Assembly: GCA_951406725.2 (NCBI GenBank)
Contig: OX597822.1
Location: 61,380,001-61,444,000 of the forward strand
Source: Octopus vulgaris
Taxonomy: Eukaryota
Direction: 5' to 3'
Length of the DNA stretch: 64,000 bases
Shown here one piece after another: positions 26,542 to 39,302 of the stretch; position 1 is the stretch's first letter, and every line of letters begins with the position of its first letter. The notes beneath the pieces were generated by a model. That model saw only the letters and a program-made list of their open reading frames with translations. It ran no database searches and was not told where the DNA came from. Position numbers and translations under genes: made by a program.

Positions 26542-27135
26542 AGATTGTTTGCCAACATAACATGGCAGTCCTAGTTTAGGACAAATGTTGTGGTAATTTA
26601 GCCCCAGGAGATGTCATCTCTGGCTGGCTATATGACACGATCTGTGTCCTTATATTTTCGAACAAAGGAATCTAGCACCCCCACTCAGCTCAAAACAATA
26701 TCTGTGTATTGTGATTTCCAGGTTATTTCCCTTCATCAGCACAGAATAATTGTTCGGCTAGAGGTGGCGCTGCCAAATTCTCATTCGAAATATATAGTTT
26801 TCAAAGTGACAACTAGTCACTGATCTATAAATAGTAATTTTCTAATTTATAGATCAGTGACTAGTTGTCACTTTGAAAACTATATATTTCGAATGAGAAT
26901 TTGGCAGCGCCACCTCTAGCCGAACAATTATTGTGCTGATGAAGGGAAATAACCTGGAAATCGCAATACACAGATATTGTTTTGAGCTGAGTTGGGGTGT
27001 TAGATTCCCTTGTTCAAAAATATAAGGACACAGATCATGTCATATAACCAGCTGGAGATGACATCTCCTGGGGCTAAATTACAGCAACATTCATCCTAAA
27101 CCAGGACTGCCATGTTTTATGCTGGCAAACAATCT
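26542..27135. mobile_element. ~594-bp palindromic element with a hammerhead-like motif in each arm (26701-26745 -, 26932-26974 +)
   Basis: Arms of ~290 bp are near-perfect inverted repeats around a loop at ~26833-26844; motif UCUGUG-CUGAUGA-AGGGAAAUAACCUG-GAAA-UCRCAA-UA/CACAGA. Confidence 0.8.
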
Positions 27136-27876
27136 GACTATAAACTTGTTAGCAATTTGTAATTTTCCTGTTTGCAGGTGTTTTAAAATTCTTAATATCA
27201 AATACTCCAAATCTCTCAAAATATTATCCCTTTGATTCCTCTTTTACCTTACAAGACTTCCTTAGCCATTCGATGTTTAAAAAAAACCATCTTATTAGGT
27301 CATATGTACCCTAGGTGAGGATGACTGATCTATACCTAACAGATAAATAACAAAAAAAAAAGGCAATATCTGAGAATGTTTAGATAATGAAAAAAAAAAA
27401 TACACAGTGTAACATGATTTTTGTCTTTGGGTAGCAACTGTTATTTCCTGTCTGCTTACCCCTAGAAGGTATGAAAAATGGCTTTCATACATTTATTCAA
27501 ACCCCAAAGAATCGCTCTCAACACATGGCTATAATGCTCCTCCACTATTCTTGCTCATGATCAGAGATACACATATTATCAACCACTAAGGGACAAGCTC
27601 AAGTGGTTATGGTCAAGTAATTGACAAGTAAATCTGTGTTTTGAGCAGAATATTTGTTATAATGATGTTTCTGCTTCAGCAACTTAACACTGAATCTGTC
27701 TGTAGTGTAATGGAAAATATGTCAGTTTGAAAACAATGTCCAGGTCCCAAAATTTGAAGGGAATAGTTGTTATTTCCCTTGATTTCCAGAGAGAAGCAAA
27801 TAGGAAATAACCTTTACTGACCAAAGACAAGAAAACAAATAAACATTTTGTTTTACAGTTTTAAGAAAGAACTTAC

Positions 27877-27971
27877 TGTTTTGCCATATTCTTTATGAAG
27901 GTTGTTGAATACATCAATTGTACTATAAGGACGATTTTGTTGATTAAGATACTCCAAAACTGCTTTTTGTA
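27877..27971 (-). CDS. PSMC3IP: HOP2 exon 2 (VQKAVLEYLNQQNRPYSTIDVFNNLHKEYGKT)
   Basis: CAG/GTAAGT boundaries; YLxxQNRPYS is the Hop2 winged-helix signature. Confidence 0.95.
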
Positions 27972-28078
27972 CTGAAACATAGAAAATGCTTGTATGGTGC
28001 CAAATAACATTGAATAAAATATTAAAATATTACGAAAATCATTGTTATGAATCCATTTTCTTTTGCAAAATCCTTTAA

Positions 28079-28370
28079 CCCCTTACCCAACAATTATTTT
28101 GAAAATAAATGTATTTTTTCAGACATATTTTTTATTAGTTTCAGTCAATACATGCTCTATAACTCTTTCATCTATGTACAAAAAAAATCAAAAGGACTCA
28201 TTGTCACTGCCAGCCGTATAAAGTGAGCGAATATACTTGTATATGTCAAAAAAGAGTTTATATTAGACGAAGGAACTCGTTTGCTGTTGATTTTGGTGAG
28301 TTAACTCGCCAGAGATAGAAAAAAACGATTTCGGTCAAAACGCATATATTCGTTTCTGCAGGGTAAGGGG
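28079..28370. mobile_element. piggyBac-type MITE
   Basis: TTAA at both ends; TIR CCCCTTACCC / GGGTAAGGGG. Confidence 0.8.
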
Positions 28371-28949
28371 TTAAAAACATGAGTGTTAAAATCTCAATTA
28401 TTATGTGAAATAAATAAACTTCGTTTTCTTTATTATTTTTAATACTAGGTCACCAAATATATGTGTTACACGAGGTCAAGACTACACACTCATTAAAATG
28501 AAATTACGTGTAAATCAATTTTGATTCTTGACACATACAGTGATAAAAATAATTAACATTTCTAATTTATTCGAAATTGGCATTAGGAAGGGCATCCAGC
28601 TGTAGAAACTCTGCCAGATCAGATTGGAGCCTGGTGCAGACATCTGGTTTGCCAGTCCTCAGTTAAATCGTCCAACCCATGCTAGCATGGAAAGTAGACG
28701 TTAAATGATGATGATGATGATGAATTCCATGTAACTATATAATACAAATTGTTGTAGTGCATTCCTTTTTGTTCCAGTAATAAAGCCAATTAATTTTTTT
28801 CGTAGACGAGAATTAGCATCACACTCTCAAATAAAAGAATGGAACAGTCAAAGATACGTTCTTTTGGAAATTCCTAAAATGACAAAATGCTGTTTGTTCT
28901 GTTCAAAATAGCTAAAACTAAACAACCCTAATTGTTTATTGCTGTATTA

Positions 28950-31075
28950 ACTCTCATTTTGAAGTCCTTTTTTGTCTCGAACACTGGAATTTTTTTCTCT
29001 TGATTCGATTTGACTCCTAATGAAACCTTTTCAACTGTTCTCATCATAAACATTAGATGATGCTACAGTCATGAGTTTTACACATCTCTCCACAGCTTGG
29101 GTGTGGCATGGTAATTTTTCCAGTTGTGTCAAATGCTGCTGTTGAATGGTAGTATCGCTTTCTTCATCGGAAAATGCCTGTTCAGTAACAATAGTGTCCT
29201 GCCAGTTAAAATTATGTCCATGTAGTTTGACCCAGTAAAGTTTAGGGTAGGAATTTTGAAAGGTTGGACAGATTTCCTTTTAAACTGTGCTTGAGCCTGC
29301 TTTATAAGCTAGTTCACGAATGTGGCCCTGTTCATCGTTTATCATGGCCAGCAAAATATTTTCTGGGTGCACAAAGAAAGTATCCCATTGTATCAGAGCC
29401 CCATTTTCCAAGGAAGAGTTGCGCTTGTGAACCACATTGGCACAAACTTTCATTATGTAAACAATTAATTTCATTGTGTTAGAAGGATTCTCAATGGCAA
29501 CATACAACTGTAGTATACAATCTACAGTTGTAAGTCATCGAGAATGTGCCATTTTACTGGGATTCCTTAATGCCATTTGAGATGATTATTTCCCTTCAGA
29601 AATAGACTGGTGGATATCAAAGAAACTATTTTTGATCAGTGCTGAGATTGTTGCTGTCCACTGATGCTAAGTCTGTAGGAATCTGATTAAATTCCACAAC
29701 ACTTAGTGTTTTACATTGCTCCAGTCTCTTACCAATTGGCCCAGTAGATTTTTCCGTTGAGATCTTTAATAAGATGGCATAAGGGAAGCTCATTTGTGTG
29801 GCGCTGACACACAAACTAATGCAATGGCTTCTTCAATTTATCCTCCAAAAATCTAATGGTGCCTCCTTTTAGTCCTGTACTGACTGCAGTACCATTGTAA
29901 CCTACAACTATCATATGATTGGTTACTATTTCTTTGGTTTCCAAATAAATCAATAAACCATTGGAAATGACTTTTGCAGAACCCATTTTAACAACCAAGT
30001 ACCCAAGATAGCAGGACCCAGGTTCTTCTATCAATGAAATGTGTTCTTGAATTGTTTTCTTACAAAATGTTTTTTCCATTTGTTCACTTATGAGGGTAGT
30101 GTCCCTCTTTCCATCAAAATACAATGGTTTATGGCAGACAATGGTTTATGTGGCCTACCTTCCTGTTGCAGGGATTTACGTTTGCTGGATCATTCCCACC
30201 ATACTTTTGATCTGTCCATAACAAAAGAACATTCACCAGATGTATTTACCATTAAGTGGCTGTTGACCAAACTTGTAAGAAGAGCAGCAGTATGGTCTGA
30301 CACACCGGTGCAGTCACGGGCAGAATTCTGGGAATTTCGTTCGTTCTATTGGTGTTTTTGAACTTAGGTTTTTGCTGATGTCTTTTTGTTCCATGGAAAA
30401 TGGAAATGGAAAATCTTCATCTTTGCCTGCTGATCCATTTCCAGATTCACTGCTTGATGAAAACGCTATCAATTCAGAATCTTTTGCTGATGTAGAAGGG
30501 CGACTGTGATCTGGCCGATTCTTTCTAATCAACCTCTGAACACTCTGTTTAAACACTGCTTAAATACTGTTTAAATATGCCAATGATCATTTTTCGATTT
30601 GTCTGTTGCTCCTGTAAAAAATCTTATTCTCTCTGTGGTACTTTTTTGTCTCTCCTACAACTGCAGTTTTTAAAGAAGTTGCACTTGCAACAGGAAATGT
30701 CAGACAAATCTTTTGTTGCATTATTTTTAAACACATCACACTTTGTTTGAAATAGTGGCACATGTTTGCTATTTTTCACAGATTTTAGTAATACTTGGTA
30801 CTTTAGATAAATGTTTAAGATTTTTGGTTTAACTGACTCAGTCATAACACAAGGGATGGATGCCTTTTGCCAAAGAAGAATTATCTTTTCTGCTGCAATC
30901 TTGACAATTTGTTTAATTGAGGGATCTTTCTTAACTACATTCTTTTCTTTTTCTCATTCAAATAAAACACATTTTAGTAAGTCCTTCTAAGTTGGCAAAA
31001 CTCGCTCGCTAAGATCACATGGTGTACCAAATATTGGACATTCAATATCATGACACATTATTGGCTTATAATTCA
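28950..31075 (-). mobile_element. Decayed hAT (hATm-like) transposase in HOP2 intron 1
   Basis: Fragments YFDGKRD, EHISLIEEPGSCYLG, GTAVSTGLKGG.IRFLE, KLPCHTQAVERCVKL, with many frameshifts. Confidence 0.7.
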
Positions 31076-32101
31076 TCACTAAATGTAAACAACACTAAAT
31101 TTAACACGCTCATGAATTTTAATACAATGGCCTAAAGTCAAGGTACAAAGCAGAAAACTTCACACATGTACGATGTACGTCCACACGCAACGACCATTGC
31201 AGCAGCATTAGAGAGAAGTTCACACCCCCGTTCTCTTTATAGTCAATGCAGAACCTCAAGATATTAGTCAATTGTATTGTGAATTCTGTTAGTAGAAATA
31301 TGACCAAAATAGTGATTTTAAAAATTTTCAATTGCATTGCAGAGCCTGAAAAAATATTTAACCACAAAGTGGCGAAGTTTCACAAAGTTCTTTATACACC
31401 TTTCTTTTAATAGGATTGCACCTGGAAAGTTACCCTCCTGGGCACATGTCCGGGCAAGGTTGTTTATGGAAGACTGCAGTCGCCCATGCATACTGGCCTC
31501 CCCTCTCCACGCCACTAGTGTTATCCAAGGCTACATGGATACATGGGATAATACTTGATAGAATATGTAGCAAAGGCTACAAGGATACATGGGATAATAC
31601 TTGATAGAATATGTAAATAAAATAAAATGATGAGATTGGATTAGGTCCGACTTGAAACTGAATAACTTTGACTACTATTTACAAATTCTAGTGACTGTCA
31701 GAATTATATAACATGTATGTAATGGGGCGGAGGTAAAGAATACGTACACCACCAGTTTTCGGCGTAACAAAAACCCCAACCCTAACACTAAACACGGGCT
31801 GTACGCCTGTAATGGAATAACAGACTTCGTAAACAAACCAATGTTATTGTTTAATGCACGAATACATTACACACTTACACAACGGAAGAACCTAAAGACG
31901 AGTTGTATTATAGCACTAAATTAGTTCTGATTAAAAAGGACCTATGCTTAAAGGTAGTCTAGCCGTGACTTCCCCGAATTTTTTTGTTTATTTAGGACTA
32001 CGTTATTCGATATGTTGCTTCTTTTTTAAAGGAAATACTAAGACAAACAATATCGGTTTTAATTTGTTTTGGGTTAAAAGGAAATAGAAGTGTTATATTA
32101 C

Positions 32102-32120
32102 CGTCTTTGTTTTTGCTCAT
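32102..32120 (-). CDS. PSMC3IP: HOP2/PSMC3IP exon 1 (MSKNKD)
   Basis: ATG at 32120, GTAATA donor at 32101; phase 1 joins exon 2 in frame. Confidence 0.8.
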
Positions 32121-32239
32121 CGTTGACAGCCAATAAATATATTAGTTAGAGTCGTTCACCAAACTTATTGACTTCTAAAAATTTGTACAGAAAGTTCGCC
32201 TACGTCTGCTTCTTTGAGTTTTGTTTTCTTCGTTAATCA

Positions 32240-32290
32240 GAATTTCCCGCCGGTTTTCTCAAAAATGTGGAATGTGTTTTTCAAACTGAA
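32240..32290 (-). promoter_or_regulatory. Putative HOP2 proximal promoter with E2F site and CHR-like element
   Basis: TTTCCCGCC at 32243-32251 and TTTGAA (minus strand) at ~32280-32285, ~120-165 nt upstream of the ATG. Confidence 0.4.
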
Positions 32291-33125
32291 AAGAAATCCA
32301 AGGGAAGAAAAATTGTATATAAATTAGAAAATAAATCAATAGTTAACTAAAAGATAGAAGAATTAATTTCTAAATTAAAAAGTAAAAAAGAAAAGAAAAT
32401 TTCTCTCCAAAACATAGAAATGATATTGCAGCGAGGATATAAAATCGTTTCGACAATCTTAGAAGGATGAAAAAATGAAATCGATCGCAGCGGGACTTGA
32501 ATTCGTAAAACATATTGTATATAACGTAGATGTATAAAAATAAACATCTTAATTGTATTAAACAATATGCTAAATTAATAATTTTGTAATTAACAACAGA
32601 GAATTGTAGGAAAGATATTGACAGTATCATTAAACTATATTTTTATATATAATTTTTATATATAATTCTCATAAATTACTGAAATTTTTTAATAAAATAT
32701 TAAATGATGTTACTAAAATGAGGTCAATGAAAACAAGTCCTGGGATAGTATCTTTTCATCATTTTATGCCAGGAAATAAATATATTTGTATAAGAACCGA
32801 CGAATGAAGAGTGGGAGGGGGGGATCCTCTGTTCGTTTCGACAATGAATACTTCTTTAGTTGTTCGTTCAACTCAATTAACTACTCGCTCAATTATTGTG
32901 CAAGTGGCTGACTACGTCACAGACACATGTACATATAACATGAAAGCTGGGGCATAATTGATGTGACAGTGAGTGACAAAACTGGCCATTTCAATTAAGG
33001 TTGCAGTCCATCTGATTTTCACACATTTTCTATCTAATTTTACTCACAAGGCTCGAGTTAACTAGATACTTACCGGTCGGATATGCAACCGCTCACAAGT
33101 GTTTCTCAGAGTGACGTTTCGAGTA

Positions 33126-33637
33126 CCGTAAATCCTCGAGTATAATCCGCCCTTGAGTATAATACGCAGGGGATTTTTTGTGGGGCTGTACTTCTGAAAA
33201 ATCTAAAAGCTGTGTATAATACGCACCCCATCGCTAACTTGACTGAAGGAGGTCTATATAACGTCCTTGGTTTGTAAAAATGTATACGGTAACGTCCTTT
33301 ATTATTATTGTATATATAACATAATGCAAACGTGTAGCATTTTTGTGCATTTTGTTTGCTGAAAATAAAGAAATAACAGTAATAACGTTTAATAAATGTT
33401 GCTAACTGTAAGTTATGGATGATTCTTTTATGACTTCATTGCTTTCAGGCTTAGCTTAAGGTATTATCGCCCCGACATCACAAAATGCGCCTGAATAAAC
33501 ATTGCCGGACAGCAAATAGAAACTCGGACATTGCTTAGAAAATAATTTTCATTTTTAACCTCGTGTATAGTACGCACTAGGGATTTTAACCTTTAAATTT
33601 TGGGAAAAAAATGCGGATTATACTCGAGGATTTACAG
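33126..33637. mobile_element. Tc1/pogo-type MITE; right end duplicated at 35105-35256
   Basis: TA flanks; 25-bp TIR CCGTAAATCCTCGAGTATAATCCGC. Confidence 0.8.
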
Positions 33638-33749
33638 TATATATTTTGAAAGGGAAAACGAAGGAATATGTGTATGTGTGTGTTTGAGTACGCGCGCATA
33701 TGTATGTATGTATGTATGTACGTAAGTGCATGCGTGCGTGCACATGTGC

Positions 33750-34085
33750 ATAGGGTTGAAACAAAAGTTCGTACCGTTTTGCCTTTCGTTTGTCATGTGA
33801 CAGAAACACATGACATATTTTCTGTAAGGTGACATTCCGACACGTCTTTCTATACGATAGCCGTGTGAATAGTGTATTTCTACTGTTTTTACATTTGAGT
33901 TGAAGATGGAAGAAAATGAGATACATTTTCTTCATTTGATGCTCTGTTATTTTCGGAAAGTAAAAACAAAAGATGTAGAAAAAAATGCATCGTTTATTGT
34001 GATGGTTCCATTGCTGAGAGGACTATTCGTAAGTGGTTCGCTATGTTTAGGAGTGAAAATTTTGATCTGAAAGACTGGACGTTCC
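33750..34085 (+). mobile_element. Mariner transposase 5' fragment
   Basis: MEENEIHFLHLMLCYFRK...VYCDGSIAERTIRKWFAMFRSENFDLKD (Mos1/SETMAR-type HTH). Confidence 0.7.
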
Positions 34086-34088
34086 GGC

Positions 34089-35100
34089 ACCCTTTGGCAG
34101 TAATTACAGCTTGAATTCTACGAGGTATGGGTCGTACAAAGTTTGAATTGTTTCCAGAGGAATTTATGTCCATTTTGTCTCCAGTTCTTGTAGTGGTGAT
34201 GGTGGAGGATATCGACTCCTTACTTGTTTTTCTAAGATGCACCATAAATGTTCAATAATATCGAGATCTGGGGACTGTAGTGGCCAGATAAGATGTTCAA
34301 CTTTACTAGAATGTTCCTCGTGCCATTCAGTAACAAATTTAGCTGCATGAATTGGTACATTATTATCCTGAAAGATTGCTTTTCCCTCCGGAAACAGTTC
34401 TGCAACAATAGGATGAATTTTATCAAATAAAATTCTTAAATAGTCTTGACTATTAATTCTGCCACGAAGGGAAACCATTGGGCCGGCGGATTTCCAAGAT
34501 ATAGTCCCCTAGATAATCACAGATCCTCCTCCATGTTTAACAGTTGGAAGAAGGCAGTCTGGGTCAAATGCTTCTATTGGCTGTCTCCACACATATACTC
34601 GGCCGGTGGTCGGAAATAAGGTAAAGGATGACTCGTCCGAGAAAATAACATTCTTCCACTATTCTAGGGACCAATTCTATAGGTTTTTGCTCCACTCTAA
34701 ACGCTTTGCAACGTTTGTTTTTGAAAGTAGTGTTTTTCTGATTGTAGCCCTCCCGTGAAATCCGGCTTTGTGTAGCTCCCGGCGAATAGTTTTTGTGGAA
34801 ACTGGGTTCTCGAGGTGGTCATTGAGCTCAGCAGTAATTTTGGGAGCTGTACTTTTGTGATCCTTTCTAACAATTCGCGTAAGAGTCCGACGGTGCCTAT
34901 TGAAAATTTTGGTTTTCTTCTGGAGTTTTGTTTCGACGAGGAGGCTTTTCCCTCTTTCTCAAAGGCTATCATTACTTTTGAGACAGTACTTCTTAATACA
35001 CCAAATATTTCGGCTGTTTTCGTTACGTTAGCGCCTGCCATACGAGCACCAACATTTGACCTCTGATAGATCTGTCATTTTAGTGAATTTTAATTACCTT
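34089..35100 (-). mobile_element. Decayed Tc1 (DD34E) transposase
   Basis: HTH (TKTAEIFGVLRSTVSKV), FQDNN..H, WPxQSPDLxIIE; frameshifted. Confidence 0.85.
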
Positions 35101-35871
35101 TTTCTGCGTCTGAATAAACATTACCGGACAGCAAATAGAGATTCAGACATTGCTTAGAAAATACTTTTCATTTTTAACCGCGTATATAGTACGCACTAAG
35201 GATTTTGACCGTTAAATTTTTTGGGGAAAATGCGGATTATACTCGAGGATTTACGGTACAATATTTTGTAGTCAATGATTCACCCGTTATTCTATATCAT
35301 GTTATAATATACAATAAATGCTTTACATAATTTCACAATTATTGCACAAGTATATTTATTAAAAACTACCTAAATATATGCATCTTTACACATATTTACA
35401 TGATCTTACGAACAGGTTACATGCATTTTCGAAAGGCTTTCATGGGACAGCAGATTTAGTTTAAGCAAAAGCTGTACATTCACAATATTTTGGACACATT
35501 CCGTGCAAAAGCTACAGAAGTACATAATAAGCATTATTATTCACATTCACTGCAAATGTTCCTGAAGAACAAAATTTCTTGCATAGACATGAAAAGGAAC
35601 CAGCAGACCTTGGCCTTTTGAACTTTCAGTCTGTAATTTCAAATTATTTCTGTTTATTTTTTTGTGTTCTGATTAAAGCAAGAAATTCTTACGACTTACG
35701 TGCAGTGTAAGAAATAAGCAAATAGGCTAAAGTTGAATACATGATACTTCTCGGTAAATTGAATATAAACGGTAATAGTGGAACATAGCGGAATATATGA
35801 AGCAGAGTAATTAATAGTGGAATAAGTGTGTATTAAATATACATCGATAACACAGCGTATTATATATATAT

Positions 35872-36253
35872 ACTAGCAGTATCGCCCGGCGTTGCTCAGG
35901 TTTGTAAGGGAAATAACTATAAAGCATTTTTAGAGAGTTATAGCCAAAAAATAGCAAAAAAATGGAAAAAAATGATGGTAAATTTTTTTTTTAGTTAAAA
36001 AAGGTGGAGCTGCGTCTCTTAGACAGTTTGCGGTTTGTGTTTCTGATTCTCGACCCCATGTCGAATATATCGATATTTTTCAGAACTGGGGGAACTTTTC
36101 AAAATTTTCGCTGCGTTAGTTTTGAATTATGACATTGGGCTATGTGTGTGTCAAGTTTCATCAGAATCGGTTGAAAGCCGTGGTCAGGGTGAGGGTACAA
36201 GCAAACAGACACACAGAAACACGCACAGACAAACTGCCGTTTATATAGAGAGA
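35872..36253 (-). mobile_element. Non-autonomous Helitron-like element
   Basis: 5' TC...TATAAACGGCAG, 3' hairpin + CTAG. Confidence 0.6.
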
Positions 36254-36268
36254 GATATTAATTATATT

Positions 36269-36419
36269 TGTGTGGTAAGTAGCTTGTTTACCAACCACAT
36301 GGTTCCGGGTTCAGTCCCACTGCGTGGCATCTTGGCCAAGTGTCTTCTGCTATAGCCCCGGGCCGACCAATGCCTTGTGAGTGGATTTGGTAGACGGAAA
36401 CTGAAAGAATTCTGTCGTA

Positions 36420-36460
<41 letters not shown>

Positions 36461-36658
36461 CTGTGTTTGTCCCCCTAGCATTGCTTGACAACCGATGCTG
36501 GTGTGTTTACGTCCCCGTCACTTAGCGGTTCGGCAAAAGAGACCGATAGAATAAGTACTGGGCTTACAAAAACAGAATAAGTCCCGGGGTCGATTTGATC
36601 GACTAAAGGCGGTGCTCCAGCATGGCCGCAGTCAAATGACTGAAACAAGTAAAAGAGT
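36269..36658 (+). mobile_element. tRNA-derived SINE with internal (TA)n/(TG)n; other copies at ~1-254, 4381-4535, 6975-7135, 50342-50758, 55034-57732 (split), 58300-58700
   Basis: Box A/B-like head (tgtggtaag...ggttcagtccc), shared body cttgggcaagtgtcttct, 3' gactgaaacaagtaaaagag. Confidence 0.85.
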
Positions 36659-37252
36659 AATGAGGAAATGGAAAGAATAAATTTGATCATCGGAATTTAT
36701 GAACGTAAAAACATTAGTCCAGCATTATGAGACAAAAAAAAAAAAAAAAAAAGGCAGTAGATCGAACTTTCAAATGCAAGAAATAAACAGAACAATTCCT
36801 GCTAGGAATGAGAGCTTGCGGCGAATAGTTTAGAAAGGGAATCTAATAAACTGAAGCCACTTCACGAAAAATGTATGTATATACAAATACACATACCGCA
36901 TTGTAATATGTATTGATTCATAATTTTAGATGTTTACATGGTGCATTGTCTCTTTTTCTTTCTTGTACTTGCCTTCGAAAAATTCTTTGAAATTATAAAA
37001 AAAAAAAAAAAAATTGAAAAATAGTAAAAAAAAAAAAAAGGAAAGCAGATTAACTCAGACGGAAGATATAAAAAGGGTTTTGAGTATAAGCACAAATGGC
37101 TGTCTGGAAAAGTTGAAAATAGCCGAAAGCGTTCATACAGACAAAAAAAGTCCCTCTTCATATCTTGTTAATAACCTGCTTTTTAAAAAAATATTTTTCT
37201 TGATAAATTTCAACTAAAATTATTTCTAAAATACTGTGATTGTAAAAAGAAT

Positions 37253-37680
<428 letters not shown>

Positions 37681-38714
37681 CGCTCACACTAACATGTATA
37701 TCTATCTATCTAAAAGTAAATACACACACATTTATAAAAAACATAGATGTGTAATCAAACAAGTATGAATTGTAGTGGCTTTATTAGACGTAATGTTGCA
37801 GAAACATCTCAGATGAGAAGTGGCAGTTAAGAGGGCTTTGAAAAGTTGATGAAAAAGCTCTTCACATATCTGGATTCATTCAGATCGTTCCAACCAAACA
37901 AAGAGATGAATTTTTCCACATCCCTATCACTGCTTTCAAACAATGTGCCGTAGGGCTACTTCATATTCTTGCTGAACTTTACATCTTTCTCCCATTTTCC
38001 TACTTTTTTCTTTTTTACTCTTTCTACAAGATCTGCTCCGGTATATAATGTGTCATACCAGAATGTGGAAGCAAGTGGCCAAGTGGTTAGAGTGTTGGAC
38101 TCGCGATCATAAGATCGTAGGTTCTATTCCTGGACCGGGCGATGTGTTATGTTATTGAGCAGGACGCTTTTATTCGCGTTATCCAGTCTACTCAGTTGAC
38201 AATGACATTAGCCGAGAGCTGATGCAGCCCTTTCTCCATCCAGGCACCTCGTCCTCGATGTTCCACTAACTCAAGGAGTGGGAGGGCCAAGCACCTGAAA
38301 ATTATCGAGAGCGTGTTACAGACTACCTGGTCATATTCGCTTGCCAGTGACGGCTAGGCTTTGTAGGGCCCATATTAAGAAACACAACTTCCTTGCTCCT
38401 TCTAATAGTTCTATAGCTTTAATTCCAAATAATAATTTAGATTTAACTGGAATAGTTGAAATCAAATATTTCCTTCTTCATTTTCTCTCTTACCCTCTAT
38501 CACTCCACCTCTTTCTCACCCTTTCTTTCTCTCTTACTTCTTGTATATATGGTTTCTATTGCGAGGCATTAATTTTTCTACATAAAGCAGTGGTAGTATC
38601 GCCATCTGATGAACTTTGTTAAAAGTAATGCTGTTGTCATTGGCATCATAGAAAATTTTCAAACGTTACCCAACTTTAAAAAATACCTTCTTATCTAAGT
38701 GGTACGTTTGTCGG

Positions 38715-39100
38715 ATGTGGAAGCACTCCGTCGGTTACGACGACGAGGGTTCCGGTTGATCCGATCAACGGAACAGCCTGCTCGTGAAATTAACGTGTAA
38801 GTGGCTGAGCACTCCACAGACACGTGTACCCTTAACGTAGTTCTCGGGGGATATTCAGCGTGGCACAGAGAGTGACAAGGCCGGCCCTTTGAAATACAGG
38901 TACAACAGAAACAGGAAGTAAGAGTGAGAGAAAGTTGTGGTGAAAGAGTACAGCAGGGATCACCACCATCCCTGCCGGAGCCTCGTGGAGCTTTTAGGTG
39001 TTTTCGCTCAATAAACACTCACAACGCCCGGTCTGGGAATCGAAACCGCGATCCTACGACCGCGAGTCCGCTGTCCTAACCACTGGGCCATTGCGCCTCC
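38715..39100 (-). mobile_element. tRNA(Arg)-like-headed SINE; related heads at ~10360-10670 and 25041-25345
   Basis: ggaggcgcaatggcccagtggttagg...gactcgcgg...gtttcgattccc tRNA-like head. Confidence 0.75.
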
Positions 39101-39302
39101 TGTCGGATGTATGCACCTCTCATTTAGCGGATTCAACGATTCCATTGTGACATCACCATCGTAACGATAAGTAACAATTCTCTACAACAGACATTACTGC
39201 TAGTATATGTTAAACTAAAGTTAGTTAGTTAGTTAGTTAATTTGGCTCAAAAGCAAATAGCAAGGCCATGTAGGGGGACATGGAGTTAAGTACAGGGTGT
39301 GT

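Noticed and set aside
26902-26920. CTCF-like motif GCAGCGCCACCTCTAG in both palindrome arms
   Set aside because: Only a partial match, with no supporting evidence from sequence alone.
36934-36985. Possible terminal exon after a poly-T tract (minus strand)
   Set aside because: No linkable upstream exons or recognisable homology.
37828-38061. Protein-like minus-strand frame (WYDTLYTGADLV...KSFFINFSKPS*) with one internal stop
   Set aside because: No recognisable family or splice context; could arise by chance. BLASTX would decide.
39030-39100. tRNA-Arg-like sequence
   Set aside because: It is a SINE head continuing into the SINE body; no complete cloverleaf or terminator.
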